A DNA stretch of 64,000 bases from the human T2T-CHM13v2.0 reference genome, Homo sapiens. Position 1 is the first letter of the stretch, and each line of letters starts with the position of its first letter. The stretch lies in the NCBI RefSeq assembly GCF_009914755.1, contig NC_060948.1, one strand, 5' to 3'. This document shows positions 52,767 to 64,000 of the stretch, in pieces. The notes beneath the pieces were generated by a model. That model saw only the letters and a list, made by a program, of their open reading frames with translations. It was not told the DNA's origin and did no database searches. The translations under genes and the position numbers were made by a program.

Positions 52767-55700
52767 GATCAGAACGGACTGGAGAGGAATGTACACAAAT
52801 GGAATGGAAACGAATGGAATGCAATGAAATGGAATGGAATGAAATGGAATTGAAAGGAACGGAATCAAATGGAATGGAATGGATTGGAATAGAATGGATT
52901 CAAATAAAATAGAATAGATAGGAATGGTATTGAATGGAAGGGACTTGAATGGAATGGAAATCAATGGAAGATATTGGAATCGAATGGCATCGAATGAAAT
53001 GGAATGGAACGGAATGGAACGGACCCGAATGGAAAGGAATGGACTGAAATGTAATGGACTCGAATGGAATCGACTGAAATATAATACACTCGAAAGGAAT
53101 GGCCTCCAGCGGAATTTATTTGAATAGAATTGAATCAAATGGAATACAAGAGTATTGAATGGAATCGAATGGAACGGAATCGAATGGAATGGAACAGAAT
53201 TCAATATAATGGAGTAGAATGGAATGCATTGGAAAGGAGCAGAGTGGAATCGAGTGGAATGGAATCGAGTGGAATGGAATCAAAGGGAACGAAATCGAAT
53301 TGAATGGACTTGAATGGAATTGACTCGAAAGGAATGGACTGGAACAAAAAGGAATGAAATGGACAGGAATGGACTGGAATGGACTCGAATGGAATGGAGT
53401 CAAATGCAAACGTATCGAATGGAATGGATTCAAATGGAATGCCATTGAATGGAATAGAAAGGAAGAGAATGGAATTGAGAGTAATGGAAAGATATCGATT
53501 GGAATGAAATGGAATGGAAAGGAATTGAATGGAAAGGAATGGACTCGAAAGAAATGGATTGGAATGGAATGGTCTCCAATGGAATGGACTGGAGTGGAAT
53601 GGAATCGAATGGAATGAAAAGAATGGAAAGGAATGGAACGGAAAGGAATAGAATGTTATGGAATCCGATTGGACAGAATGGAATGGAATGGACTTTCATG
53701 AAATGGAGTCGAATAGAGTGGCATCAAAAGGAATGGAATGGAATGGAGTGGACTCAAAAGGAACGGACTTGAAAGGAATGGCGTCGAAGCAAATTGAATC
53801 AAATGGATTGGAGTCGAACAGAATGGAATGGAATGGAATGAACTCGACTGGAGTAGAGAGGAATGTAAAGGAATAGAATGGAATGTAATCAAATGGATTG
53901 CAAGTGAATGGAATCAAAAATAATAGAAAGGAATGGAGTGTAAAGGGATGATATTGAATAAAATGGAATGGAATGGAATTTAATGGAATGGAGTCGAAGG
54001 AATGGACAGGAATGTAATGGACTCCAATGGAATGGAATGGATGAAAATGGATTTGAACAGATTGGAATCGAACGCAATGGAATGCAATGGAATGGAATGG
54101 ACTCGAATGGAGAAGAGACAAATGGAATGGAAACGAATTCAATGGAATTGAAAAGAATAGAATGGAATGGCCTGTAATGGTAAGATACTAAATGGAATGG
54201 AATTGAATGGAATGTAGTGGAATGGACCCAAATGTAATGCAGTCGAATGGAATATACTGAAATAGAATGGAATCGAAAGGAAAGGTCTCAAATGGAATTT
54301 ATTCAATACAATGGAATCGAATGGAATGCAATAGAATGGAAAGGAATCGAATGTAATGGAATCAAATAGAATGGACCAGAATGGAATGGACTGCCATAGA
54401 ACGGACTGCAGTGTAATGGATTGAATTCTAATTCATTCAAATGGAATGGAATTGAATGGAATGGAATCCAATGGAATAGATAAGATTGTACTGGAATGGA
54501 ATAGCATGGAATGCAACGGAGTGGAATGGAGTTGAATGAAGTGGAATGGAATCGATTGGAATGGAATCAAATGGAATGGACGGGAATGGAATGGACTGGA
54601 AGAGAACAGACTCGAATACAATGGATTGCAATGTAATTGATTCAAATTGAATGGAATCGAATGGAATGTAATAAAATTGAAGGGATTGGAGTTCAATGCA
54701 AAGGAATAGAATGGAATGCAAAGGAAAGGAAAGGCACGGAGTGAAATCGAGTGTAATGGAATCGAATGGAATGAAATCGAATGGAATGGACTCAAAAGAA
54801 ATGGACGAGGGACAAAACGGAATCAAACTGATTGGAATGGAATGGAACGGAATGGAATGGAATGGTCTCCATTGGATGGGAGTAGAACGGATTGGAATGG
54901 AATGGAATGAAATGGAATGGAAAGGAATAGAATGGAATGGAAAGGAATGGAAGGTAATGGAAAGATATCGAACGGATTGGAAAGGAATGGAATGGACGCT
55001 AATGGAATGGAATGGAATTCAACAGAAACGAATGGAATGGACTGGAGTGAAATGGAGTCGAATGTAATTGACTGGAGAGGAATGGACTCGAAAGGAATGG
55101 ACTCGAATAGAATGGACAGGAATGGATTGTACTCGAATGGAGTGGAAAGGAATAAAATGGATTCCACCAGATTGGAATGGAACAGAATGTAATGCACAAG
55201 AATGGAATGCAATGGAATGGCTCGAATGGAATGGAGTCGAATGCAATGGAAGAGAAAGGAAAGGAATTGAATGGAATTGAAAGTAATAGAATTAAATGGA
55301 GTACAAAGGAAAGATATCGAATGGAATGGATCGAAAAGAAATAGAATGGAATTGACAGGAATGGAATGGAATAGACTGGCGTGCAATGAAAACGAATGGA
55401 TTGGAAACGAATGGAATGGAATGGAAAGGAATGGAGTAGAATAAATACTATGGAATGGAATGGAATGGAATGGAATGGAATGGAATGGAATGGAATGGAA
55501 TGGAATGGAAAGGAATGGAGGCGAAAGGAAAAGAATGGATTGGAATGTCACCGAATGGAAAGATGTGGAATGGAAAGGAATGGATACGAATGGAATGGAA
55601 TAGAAAGGAAGGGAAAGGTAAAGAATGGAATGGAATCGGATAGAATGGAATGCAATATAATGGAGTCGAATGGAAAATAATCGAGTAGAATGATATCGAA

Positions 55701-58341
55701 TGGAATGGAATTTAATGGAATGAAATGGAATGGAATGGAATGGAATGGAATGGACTCGAATGGAATGTACTCAAATGGATTAGAATAGAATGGAATGGAA
55801 CTAAACGTAATGAACTCGAATGGAATGGACACAAATAGATTGGAAGAGAAAGGAATGGTATTGAATGGAATGTATTCGAATAGAATGGAATTCAATGGAA
55901 TGCAACAGTGTGGCATGGAATCAAATGGAATGGAATCGAATGGAATGGACCCGAGTGGAATGGACTCATAGAACATCCTCGAATGTAATGGATTACAATG
56001 TATTAGATTTGAAAGGACTGAAATCGAATGGAATGTAATCAAATAGAACGGAATTGAATGCATGGAATGGCATAGAAAGTAATGCAATGGAATGGAATAG
56101 ACTGGAATGGAATGGAATCGGATGGAATGTAATGAAATGTAATGGAAGGAATGCCATGGAATGAAATGGAATGGAATGCAATGGGACGGTGTATAATGGA
56201 GTGCAATGGATTTCAGTGGAATGTAGTCCAAAGGAATGAAATAGAATGGAATTCAATATAATGGAATGGCATCCAATGGCAAGGAATGGAGCGGACTCCA
56301 ATGGAAACGACATGAAAGGACTATAATATAATGGAATGGCATTGAACGAAATGGAATGCAATGGAGTTAAAAGGTAAAATATCGAATGGAAAAGAATTGA
56401 ATGGACTCGAATGGAATATAATGGAATGGAATGGACTCGAATGGAATGTACTAGAGTTGAATGGAATCGCATGGAATGGAAAACAATGGAAAGGAAAGGA
56501 AGGGAATTTAAAGTAAAGGAATAGAATGGAATGGAATCAGATGGAACGGAATTGAATGGAATGGAAACTAAAGGAATAGAATAGAAAGGAATGGCATTGA
56601 ATGGAATGGAAAGGAATGGAATCAGATGGAACAGAAAGGAATGGAATAGAATCGAATGGAATGGCATCGAATGGTTTGGAATGGAATGTAATGGAATGGA
56701 ATGGAAAGGAATGGAATGGACTCAAATGGAATGTACTCAAATGGAATAGAATAGAATGGAATGGAAGTAAATATAATGGACTCGAGTGGAATGGATTGGA
56801 ATAAATTGGAATTGAATGTATTGGATTCGAATGGAAAGGAATGGAATGGAATGGAATGCAATGGATTCGAATGGAATGGAACGAATTGGAATGTAATTGA
56901 ATGGAGTCGAAAACAGTAGAAAAAAAGAAGTTTAATCGAATGATATCGAATGGAATTGAATGGAATGTAGGCGAATGGAATAGACTGGAATGGAGTGGAA
57001 TGACATGTAATGGAATCGAAAGGAATGGAATCGAATGAAATGGAATTGAATGGAATAGAAAGGAATAGAATGGAATGGAGTTTAATGGAAAGATATTAAA
57101 AGTAATGGAATGGAATTGAGTGGACACGAATGGAATGGACTGGAATGTAAAGGACTCGAATGAAATGGACCGCAATAGAATGGACTCGAATGGAATGGAT
57201 TGGAGTGGAATGGTCATTAATGGATTGGAAACGAATGGAATGGAAAGGAATAGAATGGAATGTAATCAAATGGAACGAAATGGAATGGAATGGATTCGAC
57301 TGGAACAGAACTGAATGTAGTGGAATTGAGTGGAATGGAATGCAATCGAATGGAATGGACAGGAATGGAATAGAATGAAATGAAATGGCATGGAATGGAG
57401 TGGAATGGAATGGAATGGAATGGAATGGAATGGAATGGAATGGCATGGCTTGGAATGGAATGGAATGGCATGGAATGAAATTGATTGGTATGGGATGGGC
57501 CCAAAAGTAATGGACTCACAGAAAAGGGACTCAAATAGAATGAATTGGAAAGAAACGGTCTCGAATGTAATTTATTCGAATAGAATGACATTGAGTGGAA
57601 TGCGATAGTATGGAATGGTATTGAATAGAATGGAATAGAATGGAATGGAATGGAACGGAATGGAGTGCATTTGAACGGACTCCAATGCAACAAATTGCAA
57701 TATAATTGATTCAAATGGAATGGAATCGAATAGAATGTAAACAAATGAAATGGAAGGCAATGCAATGGAAAGGAATCGAATGAAATGGAATAAATGGGAT
57801 GGAATCGAATGGAAAGGACGCGAATATAATGGACTGTTAAGGAAAGGTCTCGAATCGAATTTATTCCAATAGAATGGAATCGAACGGAATGCAATACTGT
57901 TGAATCGAATCGAATGGAATGGAATTGAATGGAATGGACAGGAATGGAATGAACTGGAAGTGAATGGAAAAGAACGTAATATAGTGCAATGTAATTTATT
58001 CAAATGGAATGGAATGCAATCGAATGGAATGTACTCGATTGGAATGGACTGGAGTGGAATGGACTGAAACGGAATGGAAAGGAATGTAATGGAATGGAAC
58101 GGAAAGCAAAGGAATCTACTGGAATAGAATCGAACGGAACAGAAAGGAATGGAATGGAATGGAGTGGAATGGACTCGAATGGAATGTAATCGAATGTAAT
58201 GGACCAGAAAGGAATGGAATCCAATGGAATGGAATTGAATGGAATCAAAAGGAATAGAAAGGAATAGAGTGTAATTGAATGATACCGAATGGAAGGAAAT
58301 GGAATGAAGTCGAATGGAATGCACTGGAATGGAATGGACTC
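52767..58341 (+). repeat. 5.5-kb HOR unit U8 (5575 bp)
   Basis: Landmark spacing. GAACATCCTCG, GGAGTACAAAGG and GATACCGAATGG shared with U9. Confidence 0.9.
55451..55510 (+). repeat. Perfect (TGGAA)12 microsatellite tract
   Basis: 60 bp of uninterrupted pentamer after ATAAATACTA. The homologous tract has about 4 copies in U2, 5 in U1 and 10 in U9. Confidence 0.9.
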
Positions 58342-61300
58342 GATCAGAACGGACTGGAGAGGAATGTACACAAATGGAATGGAAACGAATGGAATGGAAT
58401 GAAATGGAATGGAATGAAATGGAATTGAAAGGAACGGAATCAAATGGAATGGAATGGATTGGAATAGAATGGATTCAAATAAAATAGAATCGATAGGAAT
58501 GGTATTGAATGGAAGGGACTTGAATGGAATGGAAATCAATGGAAGATATTGGAATCGAATGGCATCGAATGAAATGGAATGGAACGGAATGGAACGGACC
58601 CGAATGGAATGGAATGGACTGAAATGTAATGGACTCGAATGGAATCGACTGAAATATAATAGACTCGAAAGGAATGGCTTCCAGCGGAATTTATTTGAAT
58701 AGAATTGAATCAAATGGAATACAAGAGTATTGAATGGAATCGAATGGAATGGAATCGAATGGAATGGAACGGAATTCAATATAATGGAGTAGAATGGAAT
58801 GCATTGGAAAGGAGCAGAGTGGAATCGAGTGGAATGGAATCGAGTGGAATGGAATCAAAGGGAACGAAATCGAATTGAATGGACTTGAATGGAATTGACT
58901 CGAAAGGAATTGACTCGAAAGGAATGGACTGGAACAAAAAGGAATGAAATGGACAGGAATGGAATGGAATGGACTCGAATGGAATGGAGTCAAATGCAAA
59001 CGCATCGAATGGAATGGATTCAAATGGAATGCAATTGAATGGAATAGAAAGGAAGAGAATGGAATTGAGAGTAATGGAAAGATATCGATTGGAATGAAAT
59101 GGAATGGAAAGGAATTGAATGGAAAGGAATGGACTCGAAAGAAATGGATTGGAATGGAATGGTCTCCAATGGAATGGACTGGAGTGGAATGGAATCGAAT
59201 GGAATGAAAAGAATGGAACGGAATGGAACGGAAACGAATAGAATGTTATGGAATCCGATTGGACAGAATGGAATGGAATGGACTTTCATGAAATGGAGTC
59301 GAATAGAGTGGCATCAAAAGGAATGGAATGGAATGGAGTGGACTCAAAAGGAACGGACTCGAAAGGAATGGCGTCGAAGCAAATTGAATCAAATGGATTG
59401 GAGTCGAACAGAATGGAATGGAATGGAATGAAGTCGACTGGAGTAGAGAGGAATGTAAAGGAATAGAATGGAATGTAATCAAATGGATTGCAAGTGAATG
59501 GAATCAAAAATAATAGAAAGGAATGGAGTGTAAAGGGATGATATTGAATAAAATGGAATGGAATGGAATTTAATGGAATGGAGTTGAAGGAATGGACAGG
59601 AATGTAATGGACTCCAAAGGAATGGAATGGATGAAAATGGATTTGAACAGATTGGAATCGAACGGAATGGAATGCAATGGAATGGAATGGACTCGAATGG
59701 AGAAGAGACAAATGGAATGGAAACGAATTCAATGGAATTGAAAAGAATAGAATGGAATGGCCTGTAATGGTAAGATACTAAATGGAATGGAATTGAATGG
59801 AATGTAGTGGAATGGACCCAAATGTAATGCACTCGAATGGAATATACTGAAATAGAATGGAATCGAAAGGAAAGGTCTCAAATGGAATTTATTCAATACA
59901 ATGGAATCGAATGGAATGCAATAGAATGGAAAGGAATCGAATGTAATGGAATCAAATAGAATGGACCAGACTGGAATGGACTGCCATAGAACGGACTGCA
60001 GTGTAATGGATTGAATTCTAATTCATTCAAATGGAATGGAATTGAATGGAATGGAATCCAATGGAATAGATAGGATTGTACTGGAATGGAATAGCATGGA
60101 ATGCAACGGAGTGGAATGGAGTTGAATGAAGTGGAATGGAATCGATTGGAATGGAATCAAATGGAATGGACGGGAATGGAATGGACTGGAAGAGAACAGA
60201 CTCGAATACAATGGATTGCAATGTAATTGATTCAAATGGAATGGAATCGAATGGAATGTAATAAAATTGAAGGGATTGGAGTTCAATGCAAAGGAATAGA
60301 ATGGAATGCAAAGGAAAGGAAAGGCACGGAGTGAAATCGAGTGTAATGGAATCGAATGGAATGAAATCGAATGGAATGGACTCAAAAGAAATGGACGAGG
60401 GACAAAACGGAATCAAACTGATTGGAATCGAAAGGAACGGAATGGAATGGAATGGTCTCCATTGGATGGGAGTAGAACGGATTGGAATGGAATGGAATGA
60501 AATGGAATGGAAAGGAATAGAATGGAATGGAAAGGAATGGAAGGTAATGGAAAGATATCGAACGGATTGGAAAGGAATGGAATGGACGCTAATGGAATGG
60601 AATGGAATTCAACAGAAACGAATGGAATGGACTGGAGTGAAATGGAGTCGAATGTAATTGACTGGAGAGGAATGGACTCGAAAGGAATGGACTCGAATAG
60701 AATGGACAGGAATGGATTGTACTCGAATGGAGTGGAAAGGAATAAAATGGATTCCACCAGATTGGAATGGAACAGAATGTAATGTAATGGAATGGAATGG
60801 AATGCAATGGAATGGCTCGAATGGAATGGAGTCGAATGCAATGGAAGAGAAAGGAAAGGAATTGAATGGAATTGAAAGTAATAGAATTAAATGGAGTACA
60901 AAGGAAAGATATCGAATGGAATGGATCGAAAAGAAATAGAATGGAATTGACAGGAATGGAATGGAATAGACTGGCGTGCAATGAAAACGAATGGAATGGA
61001 AACGAATGGAATGGAATGGAAAGGAATGGAGTAGAATAAATACTATGGAATGGAATGGAATGGAATGGAATGGAATGGAATGGAATGGAATGGAAAGGAA
61101 TGGAGGCGAAAGAAAATGAATGGATTGGAATGTCACCGAATGGAAAGATATGGAATGGAAGGGAATGGATACGAATGGAATGGAATAGAAAGGAAGGGAA
61201 AGGTAAAGAATGGAATGGAATCGGATAGAATGGAATGCAATATAATGGAGTCGAATGGAAATTAATCGAGTAGAATGATATCGAATGGAATGGAATTTAA

Positions 61301-63927
61301 TGGAATGAAATGGAATGGAATGGAATGGAATGGAATGGACTCGAATGGAATGTACTCAAATGGATTAGAATAGAATGGAATGGAACTAAACGTAATGAAC
61401 TCGAATGGAATGGACACAAATAGAATGGAAGAGAAAGGAATGGTATTGAATGGAATGTATTCGAATAGAATGGAATTCAATGGAATGCAACAGTGTGGCA
61501 TGGAATCAAATGGAATGGAATCGAATGGAATGGACCCGAGTGGAATGGACTCATAGAACATCCTCGAATGTAATGGATTACAATGTATTAGATTTGAAAG
61601 GACTGAAATCGAATGGAATGTAATCAAATAGAACGGAATTGAATGCATGGAATGGCATAGAAAGTAATGCAATGGAATGGAATAGACTGGAATGGAATGG
61701 AATCGGATGGAATGTAATGAAATGTAATGGAAGGAATGCCATGGAATGAAATGGAATGGAATGCAATGGGACGGTGTATAATGGAGTGCAATGGATTTCA
61801 GTGGAATGTAGTCCAAAGGAATGAAATAGAATGGAATTCAATATAATGGAATGGCATCCAATGGCAAGGAATGGAGCGGACTCCAATGGAAACGACATGA
61901 AAGGACTATAATATAATGGAATGGCATTGAACGAAATGGAATGCAATGGAGTTAAAAGGTAAAATATCGAATGGAAAAGAATTGAATGGACTCGAATGGA
62001 ATATAATGGAATGGAATGGACTCGAATGGAATGTACTAGAGTTGAATGGAATCGCATGGAATGGAAAACAATGGAAAGGAAAGGAAGGGAATTGAAAGTA
62101 AAGGAATAGAATGGAATGGAATCGGATGGAACGGAATTGAATGGAATGGAAACTAAAGGAATAGAACAGAAAGGAATGGCATTGAATGGAATGGAAAGGA
62201 ATGGAATCAGATGGAACAGAAAGGAATGGAATAGAATCGAATGGAATGGCATCGAATGGTTTGGAATGGAATGTAATGGAATGGAATGGAAAGGAATGGA
62301 ATGGACTCAAATGGAATGTACTCAAATGGAATAGAATAGAATGGAATGGAAGTAAATATAATGGACTCGAGTGGAATGGATTGGAATAAATTGGAATTGA
62401 ATGTAATGGATTCGAATGGAAAGGAATGGAATGGAATGGAATGGAATGGATTCGAATAGAATGGAACGAATTGGAATGTAATTGAATGGAGTCGAAAACA
62501 GTAGAAAGAAAAGAAGTTTAATCGAATGATATCGAATGGAATTGAATGGAATGTAGGCGAATGGAATAGACTGGAATGGAGTGGAGTGACATGTAATGGA
62601 ATCGAAAGGAATGGAATCGAATGAAATGGAATTGAATGGAATAGAAAGGAATAGAATGGAATGGAGTTTAATGGAAAGATATTAAAAGTAATGGAATGGA
62701 ATTGAGTGGACACGAATGGAATGGACTGGAATGTAAAGGACTCGAATGAAGTGGACCGCATTAGAATGGACTCGAATGGAATGGATTAGAGTGGAATGGT
62801 TTTTAATGGATTGGAAACGAATGGAATGGAAAGGAATAGAATGGAATGTAATCAAATGGAACGAAATGGAATGGAATGGATTCGACTGGAACAGAACTGA
62901 ATGTAGTGGAATTGAGTGGAATGGAATGCAATCGAATGGAATGGACAGGAATGGAATAGAATGAAATGAAATGGCATGGAATGGAATGGAATGGAATGGA
63001 ATGGAATGGAATGGAATGGAATGGAATGGCATGGCTTGGAATGGAATGGAATGGCATGGAATGAAATTGATTGGTATGGGATGGGCCCAACAGTAATGGA
63101 CTCACAGAAAAGGGACTCAAATAGAATGAATTGGAAAGAAACGGTCTCGAATGTAATTTATTCGAATAGAATGATATTGAATGGAATGCGATAGTATGGA
63201 ATGGTATCGAATAGAATGGAATAGAATGGAATGGAATGGAACGGAATGGAGTGCATTTGAACGGACTCCAATGCAACAAATTGCAATATAATTGATTCAA
63301 ATGGAATGGAATCGAATAGAATGTAAACAAATGAAATGGAAGGCAATGCAATGGAAAGGAATCGAATGAAATGGAATAAATGGGATGGAATCGAATGGAA
63401 AGGACGCGAATATAATGGACTGTTAAGGAAAGGTCTCGAATCGAATTTATTCCAATAGAATGGAATCGAACGGAATGCAATACTGTTGAATCGAATCGAA
63501 TGGAATGGAATTGAATGGAATGGACAGGAATGGAATGAACTGGAAGTGAATGGAAAAGAACGTAATATAGTGCAATGTAATTTATTCAAATGGAATGGAA
63601 TGCAATCGAATGGAATGGACTCGATTGGAATGGACTGGAGTGGAATGGACTGAAACGGAATGGAAAGGAATGTAATGGAATGGAACGGAAAGCAAAGGAA
63701 TCTACTGGAATAGAATCGAATGGAACAGAAAGGAATGGAATGGAATGGAGTGGAATGGACTCGAATGGAATGTAATCGAATGTAATGGACCAGAAAGGAA
63801 TGGAATCCAATGGAATGGAATTGAATGGAATCAAAAGGAATAGAAAGGAATAGAGTGTAATTGAATGATACCGAATGGAAGGAAATGGAATGAAGTCGAA
63901 TGGAATGCACTGGAATGGAATGGACTC
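58342..63927 (+). repeat. 5.5-kb HOR unit U9 (5586 bp)
   Basis: Landmark spacing. Sister of U8. Confidence 0.9.
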
Positions 63928-64000
63928 GATCAGAACGGACTGGAGAGGAATGTACACAAATGGAATGGAAACGAATGGAATGGAATGAAATGGAATGGAA

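Larger units (their letters stand above)
1..64000 (+). repeat. Satellite III-type (HSat3) pentameric satellite array, (GGAAT)n with diverged pentamers
   Basis: Every line is GGAAT or a variant (GGACT, CGAAT, TGAAT, GCAAT, GTAAT, GGAGT, GGAAA). GGACTCGAATGG is frequent and there is no HSat2-like ATCATCGAATGG pattern. One orientation throughout. Family name comes from established knowledge of primate classical satellites. Confidence 0.97.
13650..64000 (+). repeat. Tandem array of ~5.5-kb higher-order units (9 full copies, one 538-bp partial insert, start of a 10th)
   Basis: GATCAGAACGG at 13650, 19161, 24669, 30166, 30704, 36195, 41690, 47231, 52767, 58342, 63928. Once-per-unit landmarks (GGAGAAGAGACAAA, AGGCACGGAGTG, GGATTCCAC, ATAAATACTATGG, CAACAGTGTGGC, GGACTGTTAAGG) recur in the same order. 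Confidence 0.95.

Noticed and set aside
484-63775. Numerous plus-strand MEWNG-repeat ORFs
   Set aside because: Direct translation of (GGAAT)n, where ATG occurs in every pentamer repeat. No coding signal.
1-64000. CRISPR-like repeat/spacer array
   Set aside because: There are no unique spacers. The intervening sequence is itself repeated pentamer satellite, and there are no cas genes.
1-64000. Assignment to a named array or subfamily (e.g. DYZ1, D15Z1, chr9 HSat3) or to HSat2
   Set aside because: Periods here (1.37 and 5.5 kb) do not match the ~3.6-kb DYZ1 or ~1.8-kb D15Z1 units, and HSat2 motifs are absent. Exact subfamily and species need a k-mer or BLAST comparison.
1-64000. Inversions, transposon insertions, telomeric repeats or CENP-B boxes
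   Set aside because: None seen. There is no strand switch to CATTC and no non-satellite stretch longer than about 20-30 bp.

Overview
The whole 64 kb is one uninterrupted block of (GGAAT/CATTC)n pentamer satellite of the human/great-ape Satellite III (HSat3) type. The GGAAT strand is on + throughout. I see no gene, RNA gene, transposon or CRISPR array, and all ORFs are translation artefacts of the pentamer. The information is in the higher-order repeat (HOR) structure. Positions ~1-13,650 are about 10 tandem copies of a young ~1.37-kb unit (1353-1378 bp) with A/B variants and a nascent 4-unit (5482-bp) duplication. Positions ~13,650-64,000 are nine full copies of a ~5.5-kb unit (5491-5586 bp) in at least three subgroups. 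The 1.37-kb unit is an exact sub-segment of the 5.5-kb unit, joined to itself at a ~29-bp microhomology. A 538-bp relic carrying the same junction is stranded inside the 5.5-kb array at ~30.2-30.7 kb. The window therefore appears to capture a new short satellite repeat arising from an older long HOR. I found no new protein-coding system. Coordinates were counted by hand from landmark k-mers and may be off by a few bases. Species, chromosome and HSat3 subfamily cannot be assigned without a search.
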